From positions 128,001-192,000 of the forward strand of contig JBDRPD010000083.1 of NCBI GenBank assembly GCA_043827405.1: DNA of 64,000 nucleotides, written 5' to 3'. This DNA is from Elusimicrobiota bacterium (GTDB lineage: Bacteria; Elusimicrobiota; Elusimicrobia; UBA1565). Below are positions 55,746 to 63,110 of the stretch, one piece after another. The position numbers were made by a program, and so were the translations under genes. Position 1 is the stretch's first letter. Each line of letters starts with the position of its first letter. Below the pieces are notes generated by a model. It did no database searches, was not told where the DNA came from, and was given only the letters and a program-made list of their open reading frames with translations.

Positions 55746-57190
55746 GTGTCATGCCGAAGCTGCGATTTTTTAATACGCTGACGCGTTCCGTTGAAGATTT
55801 CACGCCGGCGCGTGAAGACGGGATCGTCCGCCTCTACACCTGCGGACCGACCGTCTACGACTACCTGCATGTCGGCAACTACCGGACCTATATTTTTGAA
55901 GATGTCCTCAAGCGGACGCTCAAGCTCTTCGGCCTTCCGGTGCGCCACGTCATGAACATTACCGACGTCGGACATCTGACCAGCGACGCGGACGAGGGCG
56001 AGGACAAGCTCGAGCTCGGCGCCAAGCGCGAAGGCAAGACCGCCTGGGATATCGCCCGCTTCTATGAGCAGACCTTTATCGAGGACATTAAGAAGCTCAA
56101 TATCGACTTCGCTCCCGAGCCGGACCCGGCGCGGGAGGATGCCCCGCGCGCGGCCGATATCCTGTGCCGCGCCACCGACCATATCAACGAGCAGGCGGCC
56201 ATGGTCGACCGGCTGGTGCTTAACCGCTTCACCTACGATACCGCGGACGGCATCTACTTCGACACCTCCATGCTCCCGGACTACGGCAAGCTGGCGGGGG
56301 CGGCGCATATCGCGGGCCTGCAGGAGGGCGCGCGCGTCGCTATGGGAGAGAAGCGCAATTCGACCGACTTCGCGTTGTGGAAGTTCTCGCCCAAGGGCGA
56401 GCAGCGCCAGATGGAGTGGGAGTACCGCGGCCGCAAGGGCTTCCCCGGCTGGCATATCGAATGCTCGTCGATGGGGCAGACTTATCTGGGGGAGTCCTTC
56501 GACATCCACTGCGGCGGGGTCGACCATATCCCGATCCATCACACCAACGAGATCGCCCAGGCCGAGGCGGCGACTGGCAAGCCCTTTGTCCGCTGCTGGA
56601 TGCATGCCGAGTTCCTGATAATGAACAAGGCCAAGATGGCCAAGTCGGCCGGCGGCTTTATCAAGCTCGCCGATCTCGAAGAGAAGCGCATCGACCCGCT
56701 CGACTACCGCTACTTCTGCTTCGGCGCCCACTACCGCAAGCAGCTGGAGTTCTCCTGGGAAGGCCTGCAGGCGGCGCGTACCGCGCGCCGGCGGCTGCGC
56801 GACCGGGTGCGGGGCTGGCTCGCCGAGTCCGCGGCGGGCGTGGAGAGCGCGGCGGTGGCCCAGGCGCGGCGGGACTTCTCCGCGACGCTGGCCGACGATC
56901 TGAACGTGCCCGAGGCGCTGGCCTGCGTATACGGCGTGCTCGATAATCTCGGCAGTGCGGGTGAGCGCATCGCTTTCCTGCGGGAAGCCGAGAAGGTCCT
57001 CGCTTTGGGGCTGTTTGCCGCTGCTAAAGAAGAATGCCTGCCGGGCGACGTGCAGCGGGCATTCGAGGACTACGTCGCCGCCCGCCGTGATAAGAACTTC
57101 GCGGTTTCCGACGCCCTGCGCTCCAAGCTTAAGGACTGCGGGATTCAGGTACTGGATTCCAAGGATGGTTCCAGCTGGAGGCGTTTATGA
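55742..57190 (+). CDS. cysS: Cysteine--tRNA ligase
   Basis: YTCGPTVY, HVGN, MNITDVGH, DFALWK, PGWHIECS, HHTNEIAQ, KMAKS. Confidence 0.97.
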   Translation: MSVMPKLRFFNTLTRSVEDFTPAREDGIVRLYTCGPTVYDYLHVGNYRTYIFEDVLKRTLKLFGLPVRHVMNITDVGHLTSDADEGEDKLELGAKREGKTAWDIARFYEQTFIEDIKKLNIDFAPEPDPAREDAPRAADILCRATDHINEQAAMVDRLVLNRFTYDTADGIYFDTSMLPDYGKLAGAAHIAGLQEGARVAMGEKRNSTDFALWKFSPKGEQRQMEWEYRGRKGFPGWHIECSSMGQTYLGESFDIHCGGVDHIPIHHTNEIAQAEAATGKPFVRCWMHAEFLIMNKAKMAKSAGGFIKLADLEEKRIDPLDYRYFCFGAHYRKQLEFSWEGLQAARTARRRLRDRVRGWLAESAAGVESAAVAQARRDFSATLADDLNVPEALACVYGVLDNLGSAGERIAFLREAEKVLALGLFAAAKEECLPGDVQRAFEDYVAARRDKNFAVSDALRSKLKDCGIQVLDSKDGSSWRRL

Positions 57191-58020
57191 GAAAGGAAAA
57201 ACCTGGACGCCGCCGCTGGGCGGGCGACAAGGGGAGACCGGCGCGGCGGGGCAGGGCGGGCGACTTCGCGCGTCAGCTCAAGGAGGACGAGCGCTGGGTC
57301 TTCGGCCGGCATGTGGTCGAGGAGGTGATCGACTCGCGCCGGTGCCGGGTGCTGAGCCTGTGGGCGATCGACGGCGACAAGTACGCCGACCTTCTGCGCC
57401 GCGTCCGCAAGCGCGGCACCCGGGTCTCCGTCGTGCCGAAGAAGGAGCTCGACCGCATTACCAACGGCGGGGCGCATCAGGGGCTGGCGGCCAAGATCGC
57501 CGACAAGCCCGGCGCCGCGCTGGAGGATTACCTGGAGGCGCTGTCGCCCGCCGAGAAGGCGAAAGCCGTCATCGTCGTCCTCGACCAGATACAGGACCCG
57601 CACAATTTCGGCGCCATTTCCCGCAGCGCGGTTTGTCTGGGCGCGAGCGCCTTGGTCTATCCGCAGCGGCGCAGCGCCCCGCTGACCCAGGCGGTGCATG
57701 CCGCGTCGGCCGGCGCCATATCCAAAATCAAGACCTTTTCCGTCGTGAACCTCGCCCAGACCTTGGAGCTGTTCAAGCGGGCGGAATTTTGGATCTACGG
57801 CGCGGATGTCGCCGGCCGGCCGCTGGCCGGGACGCGCTTTAACCGGCCGCTGGTGCTGGTGATCGGCTCCGAGGGCCAGGGCATCCGTCCGTTGGTGCGG
57901 CGCTGCTGCGACGAGCTGGTCTCCATCCCGCAGGCCGCGGGCGGCGTGCAGAGCCTCAACGCCTCCTGTGCGGCGAGCGTACTGCTTTACGAAGCCGCCC
58001 GCCAAGGGGCGAAGGGGTAG
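57187..58020 (+). CDS. rlmB: 23S rRNA Gm2251 methyltransferase (SpoU family)
   Basis: HQG, LDQIQDPHNFGAI.RSA, IGSEGQGI, SLNAS; follows cysS. Confidence 0.92.
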   Translation: MRKEKPGRRRWAGDKGRPARRGRAGDFARQLKEDERWVFGRHVVEEVIDSRRCRVLSLWAIDGDKYADLLRRVRKRGTRVSVVPKKELDRITNGGAHQGLAAKIADKPGAALEDYLEALSPAEKAKAVIVVLDQIQDPHNFGAISRSAVCLGASALVYPQRRSAPLTQAVHAASAGAISKIKTFSVVNLAQTLELFKRAEFWIYGADVAGRPLAGTRFNRPLVLVIGSEGQGIRPLVRRCCDELVSIPQAAGGVQSLNASCAASVLLYEAARQGAKG

Positions 58021-58901
58021 TGTCCGCGACCCAGCCTACCGGTCTCGAGCATGCGAGCGGGGAGACCGCCATCCGGCCGCTCGCGCTCGCCTTCGCCATC
58101 ACCTTCTGCATCTTCCTGCTCGAGTTCGGCGGCGGCATATGGTGCGGCTCGCTGGCCCTGGTCGCCGATGCCATGCATATGGCGGTGGACCTCGTCGCTC
58201 TGGCCCTCGGCCTGTTCGCCGCTTGGGCGGCGGGCCGGCCGGCGGACGACAAGCGAACTTTCGGCTATCATCGCGTTGAGGTTCTGGCGGCGCTGGGCAA
58301 CGGCATCGGCCTGTGGATCATCGTCGGCGTGCTGCTGCATGAGGCCTGGGGCCGGTTCAATGCGCCGCGCGACGTGCGTGTCGTGGAGATGATTATCATC
58401 GCGGTCATCGGTTTGGCCGCCAACCTCATCGCGGCGGCGCTCCTTTTTCGCCACAGCCACAACAACCTCAACGTTAAGGGCGTGCTGCTGCACGTGCTCT
58501 CCGACGCCTTGGGTTCGATCGGCGCCATCGCCGCGGGTATCGCGATGTGGGCGGGCGGCTGGATGATCGCGGACTCCCTGGCCACCGTTTTTATTTGCGT
58601 TGTGATTACCTTTACATCCTATAAGCTGATCCGCGAATCGATTCATATCCTGCTCGAGGGGGCGCCGGCTGATGTGGACATCGGTGCGCTGCGCCGCTCC
58701 CTTGGCAGCCTCGAAGGCGTGGTCGAGGTCCACGACCTGCATCTGTGGTCGTTATGCTCGGGCAGCGCGTCGATGAGCGGCCATCTCGTGATTGAGCCCG
58801 GACGGGACGAGCAGGCGGTGCGTCTCGCGGGCGCCGAACTCCTGCGGCGGGAATTCGGGCTCACCCATCTGACCCTGCAGATAGAAAGACGCGGAGACTA
58901 G
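58020..58901 (+). CDS. Cation diffusion facilitator (CzcD/ZitB-like)
   Basis: SLALVADAMHM, TFGYHRVE, LHVLSDALGS, VHDLHLW, HLTLQIE. Confidence 0.92.
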   Translation: MSATQPTGLEHASGETAIRPLALAFAITFCIFLLEFGGGIWCGSLALVADAMHMAVDLVALALGLFAAWAAGRPADDKRTFGYHRVEVLAALGNGIGLWIIVGVLLHEAWGRFNAPRDVRVVEMIIIAVIGLAANLIAAALLFRHSHNNLNVKGVLLHVLSDALGSIGAIAAGIAMWAGGWMIADSLATVFICVVITFTSYKLIRESIHILLEGAPADVDIGALRRSLGSLEGVVEVHDLHLWSLCSGSASMSGHLVIEPGRDEQAVRLAGAELLRREFGLTHLTLQIERRGD

Positions 58902-59284
58902 CCTTTTGCCATGAGCTCGAAGATGCGGTCGAGCTTGTTCTTGATGATCTCCACGTCGATCGGCTTGACCACGTAGTCGATGGCGCCGAACAGGATGGCG
59001 TCGTTGAGGGTGGCGGCGTCGCTGAGGCCGCTGACTACCAGGATGGGGATATGCGCGGTTTCCGGATCGGAGCGGATCTCCTGGGTGAGGCTGATCCCGT
59101 CCTGGTCCGGCATCATGATATCCATGAGGATGGCATCGGGCTTGTGCTTTTTGAGGGCTTCCCGGCACTTGCCCGCGCTGGAAGCGCAGACGACGTCGAA
59201 GCCGACGATGGGGAGTCCCTTTTCGTAGATGTCGCAGACGGATGCGTCATCATCGACGGCGAGTATCAGTTTCTTGTCAGGCAT
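58898..59284 (-). CDS. Single-domain response regulator receiver
   Basis: ILAVDDD, LMDIMMPDQDG, DYVVKP. Confidence 0.9.
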   Translation of the reverse strand: MPDKKLILAVDDDASVCDIYEKGLPIVGFDVVCASSAGKCREALKKHKPDAILMDIMMPDQDGISLTQEIRSDPETAHIPILVVSGLSDAATLNDAILFGAIDYVVKPIDVEIIKNKLDRIFELMAKG

Positions 59285-59780
59285 GACCGGTGTCCTCTTT
59301 TCCCCGTTGGATCCAGGAGCCGATCGGGGCGTACGCGCTCCCTTTCCGATACGCTAAGTATGCCAGGCATAGCAGCACGCTGTCCAGGGTCAGCGCCTGG
59401 GCCGGCGTCAGGTGAAAGCCGCCGAAGCAGCCGCAGCTCTCCAGGGGGACGCCGCGCACGAGCGTCGAGGCGAGCGCGCCGATGAACATCAGGAAGAGGG
59501 CGCCCGCCGTCGCCGCCGAGAGCCGGCACAGGTAGCCGCCCAGAAGCGCCAGGCCGAGCAGGATCTCCACCGGCGGCAGCGCCCGTGCCATGTTTAACGC
59601 CATTTCGGGCGATATGAGATGGTAGGCCTCGATTATGACCGCGAATTCTTCGGCCGGCGCCGCAGCCTTCTGCAGCCCCGAAACCAGAAAGACCGCGGCC
59701 AGCAAGGTGCGCGCCGCCGCTCCCGGGATGTCCCAGGCAGGAGACGACGGCGGCTCGTTCTTTTTGCGCTGCTTGCTCAT
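59277..59780 (-). CDS. MauE/DoxX-family membrane protein
   Basis: R..LAAVFLVSGLQK, LPPVEILLG, CGCFG. Confidence 0.85.
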   Translation of the reverse strand: MSKQRKKNEPPSSPAWDIPGAAARTLLAAVFLVSGLQKAAAPAEEFAVIIEAYHLISPEMALNMARALPPVEILLGLALLGGYLCRLSAATAGALFLMFIGALASTLVRGVPLESCGCFGGFHLTPAQALTLDSVLLCLAYLAYRKGSAYAPIGSWIQRGKEDTGHA

Positions 59781-60424
59781 TTTCCCTTGAGGATGTTTTC
59801 GATATGGTTTAGGCCGTGGGTGCGCAGCTGGAGGTCCCCGACGAAGCGGCGGCCGTTGATGATGAAAGTCGGAGTCGAGCCGACCCAGCGTTTTTTGGCT
59901 TCCTTAAACTCCGCATCCACCGCCTCGCCGACCGCGGGGGTGTCCAGGCAGGCGGCAAAAGCCGCTTCATCCAGCTTGAGCTCCTTGGCGAAGGTGAAAA
60001 AGACGCCGCGTACCTCGTCTTTCTTCGTCTTCACTGTCCATTGGTGCTGCCGGGCGAACAGGCGGTCGTGAAAACCCCAGAAATCGCCGCCCTTGCCCGC
60101 GCATTCGGCGGCAATGGCGGCGTCGCGGGCCCAGTCGTGAAAATCCCAGGGGAAGTGCTTGAATATAATGCGGACCTTGCCGGGGAACAAGATCTGCGCG
60201 AACTTGCCGACGGTGGGGGCCGCAACCCGGCAGGCCGGACATTGAAAATCGGAGTACTCGGCGATGATTACGGCCGCGTCGGCGGGGCCCTTTTGGCGGT
60301 AGGCGGGGGCATCCGGCACGTATGGGGTCGATTTGCCGCGAACGGCGCAGGCCAGCGCCGCCGTCGCGGCCAGCAGGGCCGCGCCCGCGAATAGTCTTCG
60401 TCCCGACTTGGTCGTTGGCAGCAT
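59777..60424 (-). CDS. DsbA/thioredoxin-like oxidoreductase; start 60424 or 60433
   Basis: YSDFQCPAC, FKHFP, GSTPTFIING. Confidence 0.9.
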   Translation of the reverse strand: MLPTTKSGRRLFAGAALLAATAALACAVRGKSTPYVPDAPAYRQKGPADAAVIIAEYSDFQCPACRVAAPTVGKFAQILFPGKVRIIFKHFPWDFHDWARDAAIAAECAGKGGDFWGFHDRLFARQHQWTVKTKKDEVRGVFFTFAKELKLDEAAFAACLDTPAVGEAVDAEFKEAKKRWVGSTPTFIINGRRFVGDLQLRTHGLNHIENILKGK

Positions 60425-60438
60425 TCGCGCCATAATAG

Positions 60439-60478
60439 CAAAAAGACCTCCCGGCGCAGTGCCGGGAGGTCCTTTTTG
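60439..60478 (-). terminator. Intrinsic (bidirectional-looking) terminator after the subtilisin
   Basis: 11-bp stem GACCTCCCGGC/GCCGGGAGGTC flanked by A and T tracts. Confidence 0.8.
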
Positions 60479-60490
60479 CCGAATAATCGC

Positions 60491-61756
60491 TTATTGGACG
60501 AGCTTGCCCGCGTCCACCATGCCGGCGCCCTGCTGGGTGTCCGGCACGCCGTCGAACTTCGTCGCGGCGCTCTGCAGCGCTTCCATGACCGCGTCGAAGC
60601 CGCTGGCGCCGTTGGCGATCGCGAGCGCCGCCAGGCCCGCCGCATGCGGGCAGGCCATGGACGTTCCCGAGAGGCTCCGGTAGCCGCCGCCCATATAGGT
60701 CGACTCCACGCTGACGCCGGGGGCGATGATGTCCACTTCCGGGCCGCGGCTCGAGAAGTAGGCGACCTGGTCGCTCGAGTCCGACGCCGCGACCGCGATC
60801 GCTTCCGGGTAGGCCGCGGGATAGCCCACGGCGCGTCCGGAGTTGCCGGCGGCGGCGACGATGGTCGTCCCCTGCTTTTTGGCGTTGGCGATCGCTTCCG
60901 CGAGGGACTCCGTCCCGGATGAAGCGCCGAGGCTCATGCTGCCGATGTCCATATTGTTCTTGACCGCCCACTGGATGCCGTCGATGACGCCCTCGAAGGT
61001 TCCGCTGCCGCTGGCCGACAGGACCTTGACGCCGTAGAGGGTCACGTCGGGAGCGACGCCGACGACGCCGATGCCGTTGTCCTGTCCGGCGATGGTGCCG
61101 GCGCAGTGTGTTCCGTGGCCGTTGTCGTCCTTGTATGAGACACTGTTGTCGATGGCGTTGTAGCCGCCGGCCACCACGAGATCCTCATGGTCGAAGTCGA
61201 TGCCGGTGTCGATAACCGCGACCTTGACGCCCTTGCCGCGGGTGACGGGCCAGGCCGCCTTGGCGTTGACGCGCTTGATGCCCCACGGTACCTTTTGACC
61301 GGCGGCGTCCGGCGGCGCTTCTTCAGTCGTCGTCGCCTTGAGCCAGTTCTGTACGTAGTCCTTCTCGACGCGCAGCACCTCGCTCAGCGAGGCCAGGCTC
61401 CGGTCGACGCCGGCCGCCTTGACCTTGGGCACGATAACCGCCACCGCGTTGACCAGCCATAGGTCCTTGGTGGGAATGCCGCCGGTGTCGCGCACCAGGC
61501 TCATCCGCCGGGTCAGGGACGTGCTTTTCTTGAAAACGACGATGCGCCGCTCGATCGAATCGTCGAGCTCCTGAACGGCGACCTTTTCGCCCTGGATTTG
61601 CTCGGCGGGCGAGGACTTGGACGCCTGCTCCATCTTGGCGACGAGGCCTTCGACCTTAACGCCCTGGTCGAAGTTGACCGCGGCCGCGGGAAGAGTCGTT
61701 TGCGGGGCCAAAAGAGCCGCCGCGCACAACAACGCAGATAGTTTGCTTCGAGACAT
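60491..61756 (-). CDS. Secreted subtilisin (S8A) with propeptide; start 61756 or 61768
   Basis: VAVIDTGID, NGHGTHCAG, AAAGNSG, SGTSMACPH; signal peptide. Confidence 0.95.
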   Translation of the reverse strand: MSRSKLSALLCAAALLAPQTTLPAAAVNFDQGVKVEGLVAKMEQASKSSPAEQIQGEKVAVQELDDSIERRIVVFKKSTSLTRRMSLVRDTGGIPTKDLWLVNAVAVIVPKVKAAGVDRSLASLSEVLRVEKDYVQNWLKATTTEEAPPDAAGQKVPWGIKRVNAKAAWPVTRGKGVKVAVIDTGIDFDHEDLVVAGGYNAIDNSVSYKDDNGHGTHCAGTIAGQDNGIGVVGVAPDVTLYGVKVLSASGSGTFEGVIDGIQWAVKNNMDIGSMSLGASSGTESLAEAIANAKKQGTTIVAAAGNSGRAVGYPAAYPEAIAVAASDSSDQVAYFSSRGPEVDIIAPGVSVESTYMGGGYRSLSGTSMACPHAAGLAALAIANGASGFDAVMEALQSAATKFDGVPDTQQGAGMVDAGKLVQ

Positions 61757-61805
61757 GACCACCCCCATTACGATTTCACCACTAGCCGTAACTTAGCATA
61801 ATTAA

Positions 61806-61843
61806 AACCGAAAGGCCTAGTGAAAAATAGGCCTAAAGGGAGG
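61806..61843. promoter_or_regulatory. Degenerate copies of the palindromic motif upstream of the subtilisin
   Basis: AAAGGCCTA (61811-61819) and TAGGCCTAAAGG (61828-61839); the latter is identical to 15311-15322. Confidence 0.5.
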
Positions 61844-61844
61844 G

Positions 61845-62306
61845 TTATTCTGGGCGCGCTTTGGGGGCTAAAAGGTCCGGTTCTTCGCCGGGAGCGGCGC
61901 TTTTGGCGCAGCCCGGCTCGGCGTCCAGGAGCCCGGAGTTTCCGTCGGTAATATTCGGTTTCGCGGGCTCCGGTTCAGCGCAGGGCGGGGAGTCTGCAGG
62001 GGGAGCTGGATTGCGTACCGCCTCCTGGAAGGCGGCGTCGTCTGCGAACCTGTCGACCACGGTCTGCAGGCGGCGCCGGTCCGCCTCGGCGGCGCCTTGC
62101 TGCAGCGCTGGGCGCAAGCCCGGCACGGCGTCGAGTTCCCGGTTGAAGCCGGCGGCGCCGGGGTGATCGTAAAGAGCGTCCAGGTTGAGCAGAACCTGCT
62201 TGGCGAAGGTCGTCAGCTCGAAGCGCTCTTCTACCGGCGGTTTCTCCGCCGCGGGCTGGCAGCCCAGACTGATAAGCGCGAGCGAGATCAGGAGGAGGAG
62301 CTTCAT
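61845..62306 (-). CDS. Hypothetical lipoprotein; start reassigned to ATG 62306
   Basis: MKLLLLISLALISLG-C lipobox; ATGA overlap with the upstream gene. Confidence 0.7.
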   Translation of the reverse strand: MKLLLLISLALISLGCQPAAEKPPVEERFELTTFAKQVLLNLDALYDHPGAAGFNRELDAVPGLRPALQQGAAEADRRRLQTVVDRFADDAAFQEAVRNPAPPADSPPCAEPEPAKPNITDGNSGLLDAEPGCAKSAAPGEEPDLLAPKARPE

Positions 62307-62977
62307 CGGAAGAGGGACAGGAAGCGGTCTTCGTACTCCGCGAACAAGCCATACTCCCGGAGCTTGGTTCCCAGGCTCTGCCGGGCGCCGGCGTCGCGGC
62401 GCGCCCGCGTGAAGAGCCGGTCTACTTCGTTGCGGCGGCGGCGGTCGGCGTTCGCGCCGGGCTCGAACATCCCGTGGTTGCTGAGGTCGCGGACATTGGT
62501 CGGAAAGGAGCGGGCGGCCTCCTCGATGGTGAAGCGCATAAGAGCCAGCGACCAGGCGGCGTCGGGGCATTGGATGACGGCGGCCTGCGGGGAGCCGAGG
62601 TCGTCGAGCTCCTTGAGAATCCGCTCCGCGGCGACCTGCGGCTTTTGGGCGAGAACGCGGGTTTTCAGGTCCTGGTTTTTAAACCGGTATTCCAGCGCCT
62701 GCAGGACGTCCTGATACTGGGTGCCGAGCCAGTCGGCGAATTCCGCCGCGTTCTTGCCGAAGCCCTCGAAGCGGTCCCGCAGGGCGTCCGCCGTTAGAAT
62801 CTTGGGGCGTTCCGATATCACCCAGCCCTCGCGCAGGCGCGTCTTGTTGGGCAGCTGATCGACGGCGGAAATCAGGTGGTACTGGATGCGGGTGTCGCCG
62901 AAGGTCGACAGCGTCTTTTTCGGCGGCCGCAGCAGTTTCGTTTCGCTTAGGAACTTGCGGATCAGGGATGGCTTCAT
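62303..62977 (-). CDS. Hypothetical cytoplasmic protein
   Basis: Coding-like ORF with its own promoter; LSTFGDTRIQY, RLREG, YEDRFLSL. Confidence 0.75.
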   Translation of the reverse strand: MKPSLIRKFLSETKLLRPPKKTLSTFGDTRIQYHLISAVDQLPNKTRLREGWVISERPKILTADALRDRFEGFGKNAAEFADWLGTQYQDVLQALEYRFKNQDLKTRVLAQKPQVAAERILKELDDLGSPQAAVIQCPDAAWSLALMRFTIEEAARSFPTNVRDLSNHGMFEPGANADRRRRNEVDRLFTRARRDAGARQSLGTKLREYGLFAEYEDRFLSLFR

Positions 62978-62988
62978 CTGCTGCCGAT

Positions 62989-63017
62989 ATCTTAACAACC
63001 CCCCAGCGGACCGTCAA
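62989..63017 (-). promoter_or_regulatory. Sigma70 promoter
   Basis: TTGACG-17 bp-TAAGAT with TG extension. Confidence 0.65.
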
Positions 63018-63072
63018 TGAAGGCCCGTTGTTTTTCGCGAACTCCCTTTAGTACAATGGGCCTAGTTCAGGA

Positions 63073-63089
63073 TGGGACCTTCGGTCCCA
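63073..63089. promoter_or_regulatory. Perfect copy of the palindromic motif
   Basis: TGGGACC-TTC-GGTCCCA. Confidence 0.55.
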
Positions 63090-63110
63090 AAGGGGAAGCA
63101 AGGGGGGAGT

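Noticed and set aside
56627..56650. KMAKS in place of KMSKS in CysRS as a sign of inactivation
   Set aside because: Conservative variant; all other catalytic and zinc-binding motifs are intact
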